Assembly (NCBI GenBank): GCA_000165345.1
Contig: CM000432.1
Location: forward strand, 416,001-480,000
DNA: 64,000 bases
Direction of reading: 5' to 3'
Numbering within the stretch: the stretch's first letter is position 1; every line of letters begins with the position of its first letter. Shown one piece after another: positions 42,778 through 52,425 of the stretch. Under the pieces are notes generated by a model. The model worked only from the letters and a program-made list of their open reading frames with translations, searched no databases and was not told the origin of the DNA. The translations under genes and the position numbers were made by a program.

Positions 42778-44847
42778 ATGAAAATAAAATTAAATGATAC
42801 AAACAACGGGATTATTATTTTTACAAAATGTGATTCTGAAGATTTAATTATCACGAAGTGTGTCATCCAATTAAATGAAGATTTTGAACATTTTTTCTCA
42901 CAAATTACTAAGGATAAAGTTAAAAATGATACTTGCTTTAATAAGATATCAATAACAATGAATAGGAATCCATCAGAAGATGTGTCTATATTTACTAAAA
43001 GACTTTCTCTGAACCTGAAGAAACATATTGGAAATTTTATTAAGTTGAGATTTAGCCAAAGCTTGAAAGTAGAAATTAGCGTAAAAATACAAGATAATAA
43101 TTTCAACGACATTGGAAACGTGAAATTAGAAGATATTATTAATAGTCAGAATCTGGATGTTGCTAAAGTTAGTGTGGTGGCAAATAATGAAAAATGCCAA
43201 CACTTTTATTTTTTAATTAAGAAAAATGTACCTTTGATTGAATCTGTAAACATAAAAAATGAAATCATATGGGGGTTCCCAATTGTACCAAACATAACAT
43301 TTATAAAAGGGGAGTCGAATAATTTTTCATATAAGTGGTATTTACAGTATAATATAAATGAAGCAAAAACAAAACATGATATATTGCCAAATCTTCCAGA
43401 AAATGTAATTGAAATTGATCAAAATTATATTTGTGATTTGAAAGCAGAATTTACAAATAAAGAGGAAATGTCTAAAATTCTCGAGAACATTGAAAACTAT
43501 TCAATAATATTTAGAATTATGCTAAATTCTGAAATATCTTCATTATTTGACACTATTTATAGATTTAATCATATTAATAAACCGCTGGAAGCATGTTGGA
43601 GAGAAGAAAGAATAAACCGTTTTAAAGGTGATTTGAAATTAAGTCCTGAATTGAATGTTAATAGATTAAAAATAGTGACTTTCAATATTCTATCGGAAAT
43701 ATGTGCTCAGACAGATAAGGCTCTAAATGAAATGTATACAAGTTGTCCACAATATGCATTACATTCCAATTATAGAAGAAGTTTATTAGCTAGGGAGCTT
43801 ATTGACTTGAATGCAGATATAATAGGTCTTCAAGAAGTTCAGTCTTGTTTATACGAGTCGTTTATTCATATATTAATGGAATTTAAAGGATATTCAGGTG
43901 TTTTTAATTCTGACTATGCCAGTGTTACAACATTTTACAAAAGAGAATTATTTAATTTATTAGAATCTGATACAATACTTTTCAAAAAAATGTTAATTAA
44001 TGATTATCCGGAAATTGTTAAAGAAATTAAAGTAAAATGGCCAAACTTTATTGAATACTTGCTAGATAAAATTTTAACAGTATTTCAAATTGTCGTATTA
44101 GAACATAAAATTACCAATGTAATTTATGTGTTCGCCAACACGCACTTCTACTATCATCCTTTTGGGGGTCATGTTAGAATTCTACAGGCAAAGTTACTCA
44201 TGGATTTAATTGAAAAGTACCTGAAGAGATTAAGATTGAGTTTTCCATCTAAAGAAGTTTTCACCTTTTTATTTGGTGACTTCAACACGCTTGCCATTTC
44301 AGATGCTAGAACACTTTTCACTGAAGGTATTATTAACTCAAATTCATCCGAATGGATTCACTCTACACTTCTTAATTATAATAAAAAAGAAAGATCAGAC
44401 AGCAATGATGAACAATGTGAAAATGTTAATGGCCATCTTAACGAAGATGAACTCAAAAATTTAGAGTTACATAGTTTGGGTTTTGATCTTCAGACCAATA
44501 ATAGGTGTATTGATTTGTTGGATATTCATCTAGACAAAAAATATAATAATATACAAATTCGTCATAAAGAAAAAGAAAGGATTGAAAATGCTGATTCCAA
44601 AGGGTTTAGTAGTAGTTTATATTATCCTTTCACAAATAAAGTCAACCGGTTTTCTGGCCAGTTAGATTATATTTATCTAGTAGAAGAAGAAGCTTTTTCC
44701 GACAAGTTTAACATTTTTTTGAACAACTTTTTGCCATATATAGATGAAGCAGCCTTATCTCCAATTAACACTCTTCCATCACCTCAATATCCATCGGATC
44801 ATATCTCAATAGGAATTGATATTTCAATAACTAAGAATGAAAATTAA
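42778..44847 (+). CDS. Endonuclease/exonuclease/phosphatase (EEP) family protein of the CCR4/nocturnin/PDE12 type, with a 280-aa N-terminal region of unknown function
   Basis: The C-terminal half carries LKIVTFNILSE, DIIGLQEVQ, ANTHFYYHP, LFGDFN and SDHISIGIDISI. These are the conserved Mg-binding and catalytic EEP motifs in the order seen in CCR4-type deadenylases. Confidence 0.75.
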   Translation: MKIKLNDTNNGIIIFTKCDSEDLIITKCVIQLNEDFEHFFSQITKDKVKNDTCFNKISITMNRNPSEDVSIFTKRLSLNLKKHIGNFIKLRFSQSLKVEISVKIQDNNFNDIGNVKLEDIINSQNLDVAKVSVVANNEKCQHFYFLIKKNVPLIESVNIKNEIIWGFPIVPNITFIKGESNNFSYKWYLQYNINEAKTKHDILPNLPENVIEIDQNYICDLKAEFTNKEEMSKILENIENYSIIFRIMLNSEISSLFDTIYRFNHINKPLEACWREERINRFKGDLKLSPELNVNRLKIVTFNILSEICAQTDKALNEMYTSCPQYALHSNYRRSLLARELIDLNADIIGLQEVQSCLYESFIHILMEFKGYSGVFNSDYASVTTFYKRELFNLLESDTILFKKMLINDYPEIVKEIKVKWPNFIEYLLDKILTVFQIVVLEHKITNVIYVFANTHFYYHPFGGHVRILQAKLLMDLIEKYLKRLRLSFPSKEVFTFLFGDFNTLAISDARTLFTEGIINSNSSEWIHSTLLNYNKKERSDSNDEQCENVNGHLNEDELKNLELHSLGFDLQTNNRCIDLLDIHLDKKYNNIQIRHKEKERIENADSKGFSSSLYYPFTNKVNRFSGQLDYIYLVEEEAFSDKFNIFLNNFLPYIDEAALSPINTLPSPQYPSDHISIGIDISITKNEN

Positions 44848-45068
44848 ACGAATTTTTATTATAATTTTTTACATATTTACAAGAAAAAAAATAAGAAAAT
44901 TTGGTGTGCACAAGCATTATTTTTTAATGGATTAAATTCTTTGGTGTGTGAAAGAAAAAAAAAATTCAATTATTAAATTTTTTTTAATATCTTAATATCA
45001 GAAAATTGAAAGTGGTAATATAAACAGTTTCCCTCTTTTTTTACTGATCTTAAATCTAGAAAAAAAAA

Positions 45069-47060
45069 ATGAGTTCCACTGAGTCAAATAGGCCAATAGT
45101 ATTGGAGAAAATTCAGCTCGAATCTAGAAAAGTTTTCTCAGTAAATAATAGGAGGGCAGTAATTGAAGAAAGAAGAAATGATAGAAAATTATTCAATAAT
45201 GAATTAATGAATGGAAATTCTTTTTTTGTAAAAAGACAAAAATTAATTAATGAATTACCACCGCATCCAAAAAAAGTGCTTTTGCCAATCATAGAAAATC
45301 AATTTGTGTTCTTAGGGGGGGTTGCATTGTCACTAATTCACAAGGCTTTGATGAGTAATTTTGGAAAGAGCATGATTGACTTTATTATTTTAAGATCTAT
45401 TTTCGGGAATGGATTGTTAATATTTTTGTTATTTGAAATTCATTATTTAAAAAGAAGAATTAATATGCTATCAACTACAAAAAGATATCTAAGAGATTTT
45501 GGTTCATTGGACTCTTCAACAAACAATGAAAGCAATATCTTTGCTAGTCTTTCTAAAAAGTCAAAGCTATCCCTAATTATATGGATGTTTATTTCTAGTA
45601 TTTTTACAATATCCCAACCATTGGTAGACAAATTTTTCCCAATTCAAATAATTTCTTTGTCCCAGCCTTTCACTCCACTAATTTCCCTGATAATACTTTT
45701 TATATTTACATATAAATCAAATAAAGAATATCACTTCACAAAGTCTTCAAAGGACAAAATGATTTATACTAAATTAGGTATTTGCTATAATGGTCGATCA
45801 GATACTTCAACTAATGTTACAAACTTCTCAGCACTTGAAAGCAGCAGAATAACTGAAAATATTAAGCTTGAATCCGAAAAATTATTTCAAAGGTCAAGAA
45901 TGATTGCTGATAATCAAATTTCTTATAAAAATTTACTGATTATTTTTTTGAGCTTCATTTCACTTCTTTCAGCCACTCCAATTAAAGGAATGCTAATATA
46001 CTTTGAGAAAACAACTATCAGCTTCTTTTTGTGTGGACTTATTCCAACACTAATACTTCCTTGTTTACATGAAGTTTTTTTCCACATAATTTGTAACCGA
46101 ATCTTAAGTGAGCTATTAGCAGATAAAATTGAATCAAATCCACAATCTAACATTGTATTCACCAGAATCAGTCCGATCGATGATTTAAATAGGAAATTAT
46201 GTAATATATATATTCATCTCTTCATGACTTTAGGACAAATCTTGATAGTACTACCTACTTGTATTGGTATTAAAGCAATATTTTATTTGAAGTTTTCACG
46301 ATTAATTTCAACTGATGGAAATGTTTCCAATTTAAGCTTGATTGGATCAATTTTTGAATCTCTTTTCGACATTGGCAAGATAGAAATTGTCACCATTATA
46401 TTTTCGGTCGTTTCAATGCTTGGAATTTACCAGAGGTGTAAAATTAACAATGCGGAAACCTTTGGGTTAGCAGGACTGATGTCAGTTCAAGGATTCCAAA
46501 CACTTTTAAGCACATCATTAAAAAATAGTTGGTCAACTTGGCTAAATAATCATCTTACTGGTTTAATTTTCTCAATTTCCTCAATTGCAATATTAAGATT
46601 TCAAGATATAATTGGAACTTTGAAAATTTTCTATTTATATGCTAGATGGACTTTATATTTTAATACTCAAGTTATTGCTGGGAAGGATGAAAGAGCTTAT
46701 GAATACGAAAATATTAAATCATATAAATCAAATATAAGAATTATTGGAGGAAGTATTGATATCAATTCCAATATTGCAAATCTTCATTTTTTAGACAGCA
46801 AACCTCGCCTTTCAAATCAAACTTTGATGGATGATGAAGTTTCATTAAAATCAGATAGTGAATCTGAGAATATAAAATCATTAATTGAAGACAACACACA
46901 AAAAACATCTAATGGGTATAATATAAAAACAATCTCATTGGAAAATAAGAATCATGATAGCAAAACTAAGCATGATAATAAATTTGACTTAAAATCCAAT
47001 TCAAATTATTTCATTGAAACACCAATTATGTCTGCAAAAGTTGTTGTTTTGCAAAACTAA
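45069..47060 (+). CDS. Hypothetical polytopic membrane protein (663 aa, about 9-11 predicted TM helices)
   Basis: ATG ORF with many hydrophobic helices (for example LLIFLLFEIHYL, LSLIIWMFISSIFTI, LISLIILFIFTY, LLIIFLSFISLLSA). No transporter signature is recognised. Confidence 0.6.
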   Translation: MSSTESNRPIVLEKIQLESRKVFSVNNRRAVIEERRNDRKLFNNELMNGNSFFVKRQKLINELPPHPKKVLLPIIENQFVFLGGVALSLIHKALMSNFGKSMIDFIILRSIFGNGLLIFLLFEIHYLKRRINMLSTTKRYLRDFGSLDSSTNNESNIFASLSKKSKLSLIIWMFISSIFTISQPLVDKFFPIQIISLSQPFTPLISLIILFIFTYKSNKEYHFTKSSKDKMIYTKLGICYNGRSDTSTNVTNFSALESSRITENIKLESEKLFQRSRMIADNQISYKNLLIIFLSFISLLSATPIKGMLIYFEKTTISFFLCGLIPTLILPCLHEVFFHIICNRILSELLADKIESNPQSNIVFTRISPIDDLNRKLCNIYIHLFMTLGQILIVLPTCIGIKAIFYLKFSRLISTDGNVSNLSLIGSIFESLFDIGKIEIVTIIFSVVSMLGIYQRCKINNAETFGLAGLMSVQGFQTLLSTSLKNSWSTWLNNHLTGLIFSISSIAILRFQDIIGTLKIFYLYARWTLYFNTQVIAGKDERAYEYENIKSYKSNIRIIGGSIDINSNIANLHFLDSKPRLSNQTLMDDEVSLKSDSESENIKSLIEDNTQKTSNGYNIKTISLENKNHDSKTKHDNKFDLKSNSNYFIETPIMSAKVVVLQN

Positions 47061-47173
47061 TAGATATTTGTTTAATACTAATAAATGCCTAGCAAATATT
47101 GTTAATATGAATCCACAAAAGTAATTTTATATATATTTATAACTTATTTTTTATTTTCTAAATTCGTTTATCC

Positions 47174-47842
47174 TTATCTATGCCCCATTGTAGGCATTAA
47201 AATTGGAGTAAATGAATGGTCTTCACTACAAGTTTCCGATAACGCCTCTTCAGATTCCTCAATAGGTAAATCCTTTATGTAATTAATGTCTTTTAAATCA
47301 TTTTGAATTACATTAATGCTTGCAATTAAATCATTAGAATCTATGAAATAATCTAGCAAGATTCTGATCGAATTTGTATTACTGAATCTTTCGCTTGCAT
47401 CATTTTCCGGATTTTCAATTTTAATAACTACTCTGATCGACTTGAAATATTGTGTTTTGTTTTTTATTGAAGAGGAACCCAGTAGACTTAACTTCATATC
47501 ATTACTAATTTTTGTTTTTTTTCCAAGTAAATAACAATTTAGATTGTGGACTTGAACAGGAATACCCTCGTGAACTATATACATCCTATGTAATCTTACC
47601 ATGATGTCTTCAGATGTGTTATTAAATCTTAAAACCAAGTGATATTGGCTTTCAAACTGGCTTATTCCATCAAAATTCACATCAATATAATATGGAAGTA
47701 AAACCTTTGTAATTTCTTCATTAATATTTAAATTTGAATAGTAATTATTTGTGGGAGAAATATGAATAATTTCTCCGCCAGTGTCAGTATAATTACATTC
47801 AAATACACCACATAGCTTTATTTCTTTATTTAATTGATTCAT
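47174..47842 (-). CDS. Hypothetical protein (222 aa)
   Basis: ATG ORF with coding-like composition, convergent with the upstream membrane-protein gene and 113 bp from it. No motif is recognised. Confidence 0.5.
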   Translation of the reverse strand: MNQLNKEIKLCGVFECNYTDTGGEIIHISPTNNYYSNLNINEEITKVLLPYYIDVNFDGISQFESQYHLVLRFNNTSEDIMVRLHRMYIVHEGIPVQVHNLNCYLLGKKTKISNDMKLSLLGSSSIKNKTQYFKSIRVVIKIENPENDASERFSNTNSIRILLDYFIDSNDLIASINVIQNDLKDINYIKDLPIEESEEALSETCSEDHSFTPILMPTMGHR

Positions 47843-48133
47843 TAAAACAATTCTTGACCAATTTAATAATTTAATAATGAAGCTAAATTTAATTTATATT
47901 TATTTACAGATGTAAATAAAATTCCAATATATATTTACTATTGGCAAATCTCATAAATATTTATTTTATCACTCGCAAATGTTTTAAATAAATAATTTTT
48001 TTTCTTTATATTGTAATTAAATCCTCAAAATTGCTTCTTTTTTCAGTGATTAAATTGATTATTATGTAAGCTTTTATAAAAAATTCTCGTTTTTTTCTTT
48101 TTGTTAATATTATTTTGGATGTGGGATTGTTTC

Positions 48134-48168
48134 CCTCCCCCCCTGGCTAAAATAAATGCATGCATGCA
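48134..48168. promoter_or_regulatory. C/G-box (CCCTCCCCCCC) followed by a TGCATGCATGCA tandem AP2-type palindrome, in the divergent promoter between the 47174..47842 gene and the ApiAP2 gene
   Basis: The sequence ttccctccccccctggctaaaataaatgcatgcatgcaat is read directly. Confidence 0.45.
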
Positions 48169-48579
48169 ATAAAAACTGTGGGAAAAATATAAATATATAT
48201 TAATTTTAAAAAACTAATTAGAGAAATTTTGAAAAAATTATATTTATATATCTCAATATGAAAATTTCTATAAATAATTATACAATATCATTATGTATCG
48301 TGGCGACGTGTAATTAATTTTGGTGGTTGGTACCCACAAAACTTTAAAAAAATCATAAGCTGACAATTTCGGCAGTCAGTTTAAAAAATTATTATTAATG
48401 GAATAAAAGTGGTGGAAATAAATGAAAAAGTAGTGGAGGAATAAATTGATGACTTAAATTTAACATTAATCTGGATTAATTAAGAGAGCTCAATTAAATG
48501 AAATTCAATTGTATGTGTAAAAAACTTATGTAAAATAAACAAATTAAATCGTTGAATATAGTTTCTGCCAAAACAAAAA

Positions 48580-51500
48580 ATGATAATAGAACAAAAAACA
48601 GGAGATGAAATTAAAAAATTAACCGGAAGAAATATTATTTGGTCTCCAAATGAACTGGGGATTCCATACTTAGGACTTTATGAGGAACATGGGAAAATAG
48701 GTAACGAAGATTACTTGAGATATGGTGTTAGATACATTGGAAATAAAGCAATAAATGGAAACAATGAAATAATAATAATAGGCGAAATTTATGGAGAATT
48801 ATTGAGTTTGGATAGCTTAGTTTTCAGGAGTAAGGAATTTGAGTATACTGAATTAAATAGTTCTTTAAATTGGATTTGGAGATATAATGGAGTTGTTATA
48901 GATACAAGAAATATTACTGGTATTCTTGGATTTATCCAAAAAACATGGAAAGAAAGTGATGAAAGTAATTGCCATCTGGAAGTTATTGATGGCAGGTTAT
49001 ATGTTACTTCAAATCCAAATGTATGTATTTATCCAGGAGATGAGTTAGTATTATCTGTAAATAACAATATGGATCTATTAATTCCTACTATTGGTGATGA
49101 AGTTATGAAATTGAGAAGTAGAAGTCGTAAGATTGAACAAAAATTGGAAAGATTTAGTTATAAAGAATCTCCAAAAAGTTGTGAAGCAACAGCTGTTTCA
49201 GTTTCATCTGCAAGCACAGTGGTCACTAAGAATAAGTCGTGTATAAATGATGAATACGATAATAATAACGTTTCTGTTCCTTATTCTTTAAATTGTACAA
49301 ACGAATATTACTGCAGTCTTTGTAGTAGAAGTCAAAATAATGCAGTTACAGGGTCTAATCATTTTTACTATGGTGAATTGAGATTTTCAACAAGAATTTT
49401 CAAAAATGCATTAGTTTTTGTTCTAGGTGAAAAGGAAAATATTCTCGGTTTAACAGAAAATCAAATTCATTACTTTGATCGTTGGAAAAGTACCAGCTGT
49501 GATAGAGAGCTTTATGCCCTCGCTTCTACACACAAAATTAGTTTTAAATCAAAAAGAGGTGTTTCAATTGAAACCATTCAAAATGAAAATGAAACTGATC
49601 AAACACATAATTTTCCAATAGAAACCTTACTTGTGAAAAACTATGTTTCAAAAAGTATCAATGAAATGATAATCAGTGAGTTTCAGCTTGTGAGAGATGA
49701 TAAAAGTCACAATTTTGGAGATTTAACAAGAAAGTGTTATATTTCCAAATCTGTTTTACTCTACTACTTTTTCGAAAAATGGATGAATGAAAAATTTGTT
49801 GGAGAATATAAATATTTGAGAATTCCAATACCCATGTTAATTGAACAGCATAGGCAATTATTATTACCCTATCCTGAAGGAATTCAATGGGATCTAGAAA
49901 CTTTATCCTGGAGATATAATATTCAAAAGAATATTGGAATATGCAAGCAGGAAATAGGAAATAATTTTTCACTGGAAGCAAGTATTAATGACCATATAGC
50001 TCAAGAACAAGAATATGTTGGAGTAAGAGTAACAAATGAAAATGACTCATTCGAACTTTTTAAGAATTATATCACCATTTGTTCCATAAAATACAAAAGT
50101 GCAAATCAATCAAAGTCTAAAGATATGAACTCTTCGTGCATTTACAACTCTAGCAGAGCAGACTGTAACATGGATTATCAGTCAAATTCAATTGGTAACA
50201 AGAAAAAGAGACAAAAGGAATTTGTAGAGGTAAAGAATAAAGAATACGAGCATGAATTGTTCGAAATGGAAGCTCAGAATATTTCAAGAAAAATTGGGAA
50301 TAGCTTCTCTGAAAGTCCTGATAATGACTTGGTTAGTATTCATGAAATTATTGATAAATGCAGTGAGATCAAAAGCATAGATCAAATTAACAGTAAGAAC
50401 AAACAATTACTTACAGTCGTTTCAGATGATATAGGGATAATTTCTCAGCAAGTTGAAATTATTCTAGTTCCTCCCTATTCTTCATTCATAAAGTTTTGTG
50501 TAAAAAGGTTAGGTTTCAGCATAACTTATAATAAAAGAAGAGCATGGTTTTCAGTCAGATCTAGAGGAGTTTTAGAAGCATTTAACCTGGCAATCAAATG
50601 GATAAAAAAACAGAAATCAATTAATGAGAAAAACCATGCTAATAACTATTTGGATTCAATAAATAACAAATGTAGCAATTTAGAAAATGTTTCATCTTCA
50701 AATAATCAATCAATAAATTCAAAATGTGGGATAAATGGGAAAAGATCGTCGTTGAAAATAGGGAATAATAATAATAATAATAATAAAACCCATTTCACAT
50801 TTACAAAAGCTGAAAATAATATCAATTTTTGTCAAGATAGTGATACCGATAGTGTTTTAAGTTTAAATGAACAAGCAAATCGTCTCAAGCCTTTACCTAA
50901 AAGAATTATTTGGGTTCCTAGCAGAAGAGTATTTATTGTTTCTTATAAACGTTTAGGAGCTATAAATCAGATGAACACTAAATCATTTAATCCTACGATT
51001 TATGGAGGAGTAAAGAAAGCATTAAAGCATGCCTGTATTTTTCAATCACAAACTGAACAATGCAAATTTAACGGCTTTGCTGATAATAGTGGAGTTACAG
51101 AAGCAAATTCATCATATTCAAGTGTGAAAAACAAAATAGATAGTATTGATGAGAAAAGTAGAATGGAATCATCGCTGAAGCCTCTCAATTATTGGGTAAA
51201 AAGTATAGACTCTAAAGTTTCTCCTGAAAAAGTTACAAGCGCTTATAGAGAAGCAGTGTCAACATATCTTACACAATCTACTACTTTTTCTCAAAATAAT
51301 ACAACTTTAGGAGGGCCGGAGAACTATTGTGAAATTGACCTAGAACAGAATGCTAACTTTTTATCTTTAACCCCAAATTTGGAAAGCTCGCAAAAAGAAT
51401 GTATTGACGGCTCATATACTGCTGAAAATGCCCAAAATACTAATGAAAATGTGGATTTTCTTGAAAGTCAAGTTCGAATGAAAATGGATGAAAGCTATAT

Positions 51501-52011
51501 CAATAACTTTAATACTGACTATGCTTTCTCTGGAGAGCCAAATGCATTACAAACAATGAATGAGAATTTGTCTCTAAATAAAGATTTTGAAGCTAACGAG
51601 GCTGAGTATTCTCAGAATATTGAGTTCAAGCCCTTTAAGATGTACTATGACCAAGTGTTTATAAATAAAGACTCCGCGTTAAATATGATGAATATAGATG
51701 AAGTGCTCAATCTTTACAGTTCCAATGGTAGTAATGTACAAAATGATTCAACAGATGGGCAAACTGTCATTCTTGACGAGGAAATATGTGGTACAGAGAA
51801 TCTAATTGGCCAAGAAAGCCTTTGCAATTCAAGCGTTGCAGACTATATGAATTCTTTTGAAGATTACAAAATCTCCGAGCCATTAATTTCAATTAGCGAC
51901 CCTTACACAAATATAATGCACTTAGATGACCCCCCTACTCTTCACGATCAATACATTAAAATGGTATCTCCATATGAATACATCGATTCGTTCACATTAA
52001 TAGAACCGTGA
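48580..52011 (+). CDS. ApiAP2-type putative transcription factor (1143 aa)
   Basis: Two AP2-like segments are present. One is GFSITYNKRRAWFSVRSRGVLEAFNLAIKWIKK. The other is RIIWVPSRRVFIVSYKRLGAINQMNTKSFNPTIYGGVKKALKHACIF. Both fit the ApiAP2 consensus (GVSWNKR..AW.A.W...G....KSF....YG...A...A). The remainder is low-complexity N/S-rich sequence. Confidence 0.6.
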   Translation: MIIEQKTGDEIKKLTGRNIIWSPNELGIPYLGLYEEHGKIGNEDYLRYGVRYIGNKAINGNNEIIIIGEIYGELLSLDSLVFRSKEFEYTELNSSLNWIWRYNGVVIDTRNITGILGFIQKTWKESDESNCHLEVIDGRLYVTSNPNVCIYPGDELVLSVNNNMDLLIPTIGDEVMKLRSRSRKIEQKLERFSYKESPKSCEATAVSVSSASTVVTKNKSCINDEYDNNNVSVPYSLNCTNEYYCSLCSRSQNNAVTGSNHFYYGELRFSTRIFKNALVFVLGEKENILGLTENQIHYFDRWKSTSCDRELYALASTHKISFKSKRGVSIETIQNENETDQTHNFPIETLLVKNYVSKSINEMIISEFQLVRDDKSHNFGDLTRKCYISKSVLLYYFFEKWMNEKFVGEYKYLRIPIPMLIEQHRQLLLPYPEGIQWDLETLSWRYNIQKNIGICKQEIGNNFSLEASINDHIAQEQEYVGVRVTNENDSFELFKNYITICSIKYKSANQSKSKDMNSSCIYNSSRADCNMDYQSNSIGNKKKRQKEFVEVKNKEYEHELFEMEAQNISRKIGNSFSESPDNDLVSIHEIIDKCSEIKSIDQINSKNKQLLTVVSDDIGIISQQVEIILVPPYSSFIKFCVKRLGFSITYNKRRAWFSVRSRGVLEAFNLAIKWIKKQKSINEKNHANNYLDSINNKCSNLENVSSSNNQSINSKCGINGKRSSLKIGNNNNNNNKTHFTFTKAENNINFCQDSDTDSVLSLNEQANRLKPLPKRIIWVPSRRVFIVSYKRLGAINQMNTKSFNPTIYGGVKKALKHACIFQSQTEQCKFNGFADNSGVTEANSSYSSVKNKIDSIDEKSRMESSLKPLNYWVKSIDSKVSPEKVTSAYREAVSTYLTQSTTFSQNNTTLGGPENYCEIDLEQNANFLSLTPNLESSQKECIDGSYTAENAQNTNENVDFLESQVRMKMDESYINNFNTDYAFSGEPNALQTMNENLSLNKDFEANEAEYSQNIEFKPFKMYYDQVFINKDSALNMMNIDEVLNLYSSNGSNVQNDSTDGQTVILDEEICGTENLIGQESLCNSSVADYMNSFEDYKISEPLISISDPYTNIMHLDDPPTLHDQYIKMVSPYEYIDSFTLIEP

Positions 52012-52425
52012 TTTTCTATGCATATGGTTGTAGAAATATAAATTATACAGTGAGTTAAAAATCAAACAAATGGATAATGCTTATGTTGAAAATTGAAAAA
52101 TAGAACTAAAATTTACTAATTTATTTGTAAATATATGTCTTTAGTATGAAAAGTTCGTTTAGCTGGAAATAAGAGAATAGAAAATTAAACGTTTAAAAAT
52201 TGCTCCACCAGCTTTGCCAAACACATACTCGGCGCCAATATAAAGACAGTGCATATATATATTTTTGACCTAAGGAGAGAATAAATTAGTTTCCATTTAG
52301 TTTTAATTCAAGTCGAATCCCTTTGAATTGTAAATACTGAAAAATCTCGGGAAATTCATACGTTTAACAGGTATCAGCATGCATCTTAAGGATAATCTGT
52401 AGTTGAACTTTAATTCAATTGAAGA

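Noticed and set aside
48330-48380. A CTGAC-N11-GTCAG inverted repeat in the ApiAP2 upstream region
   Set aside because: A 5-bp stem occurs frequently by chance over 64 kb, and there is no flanking conservation evidence.
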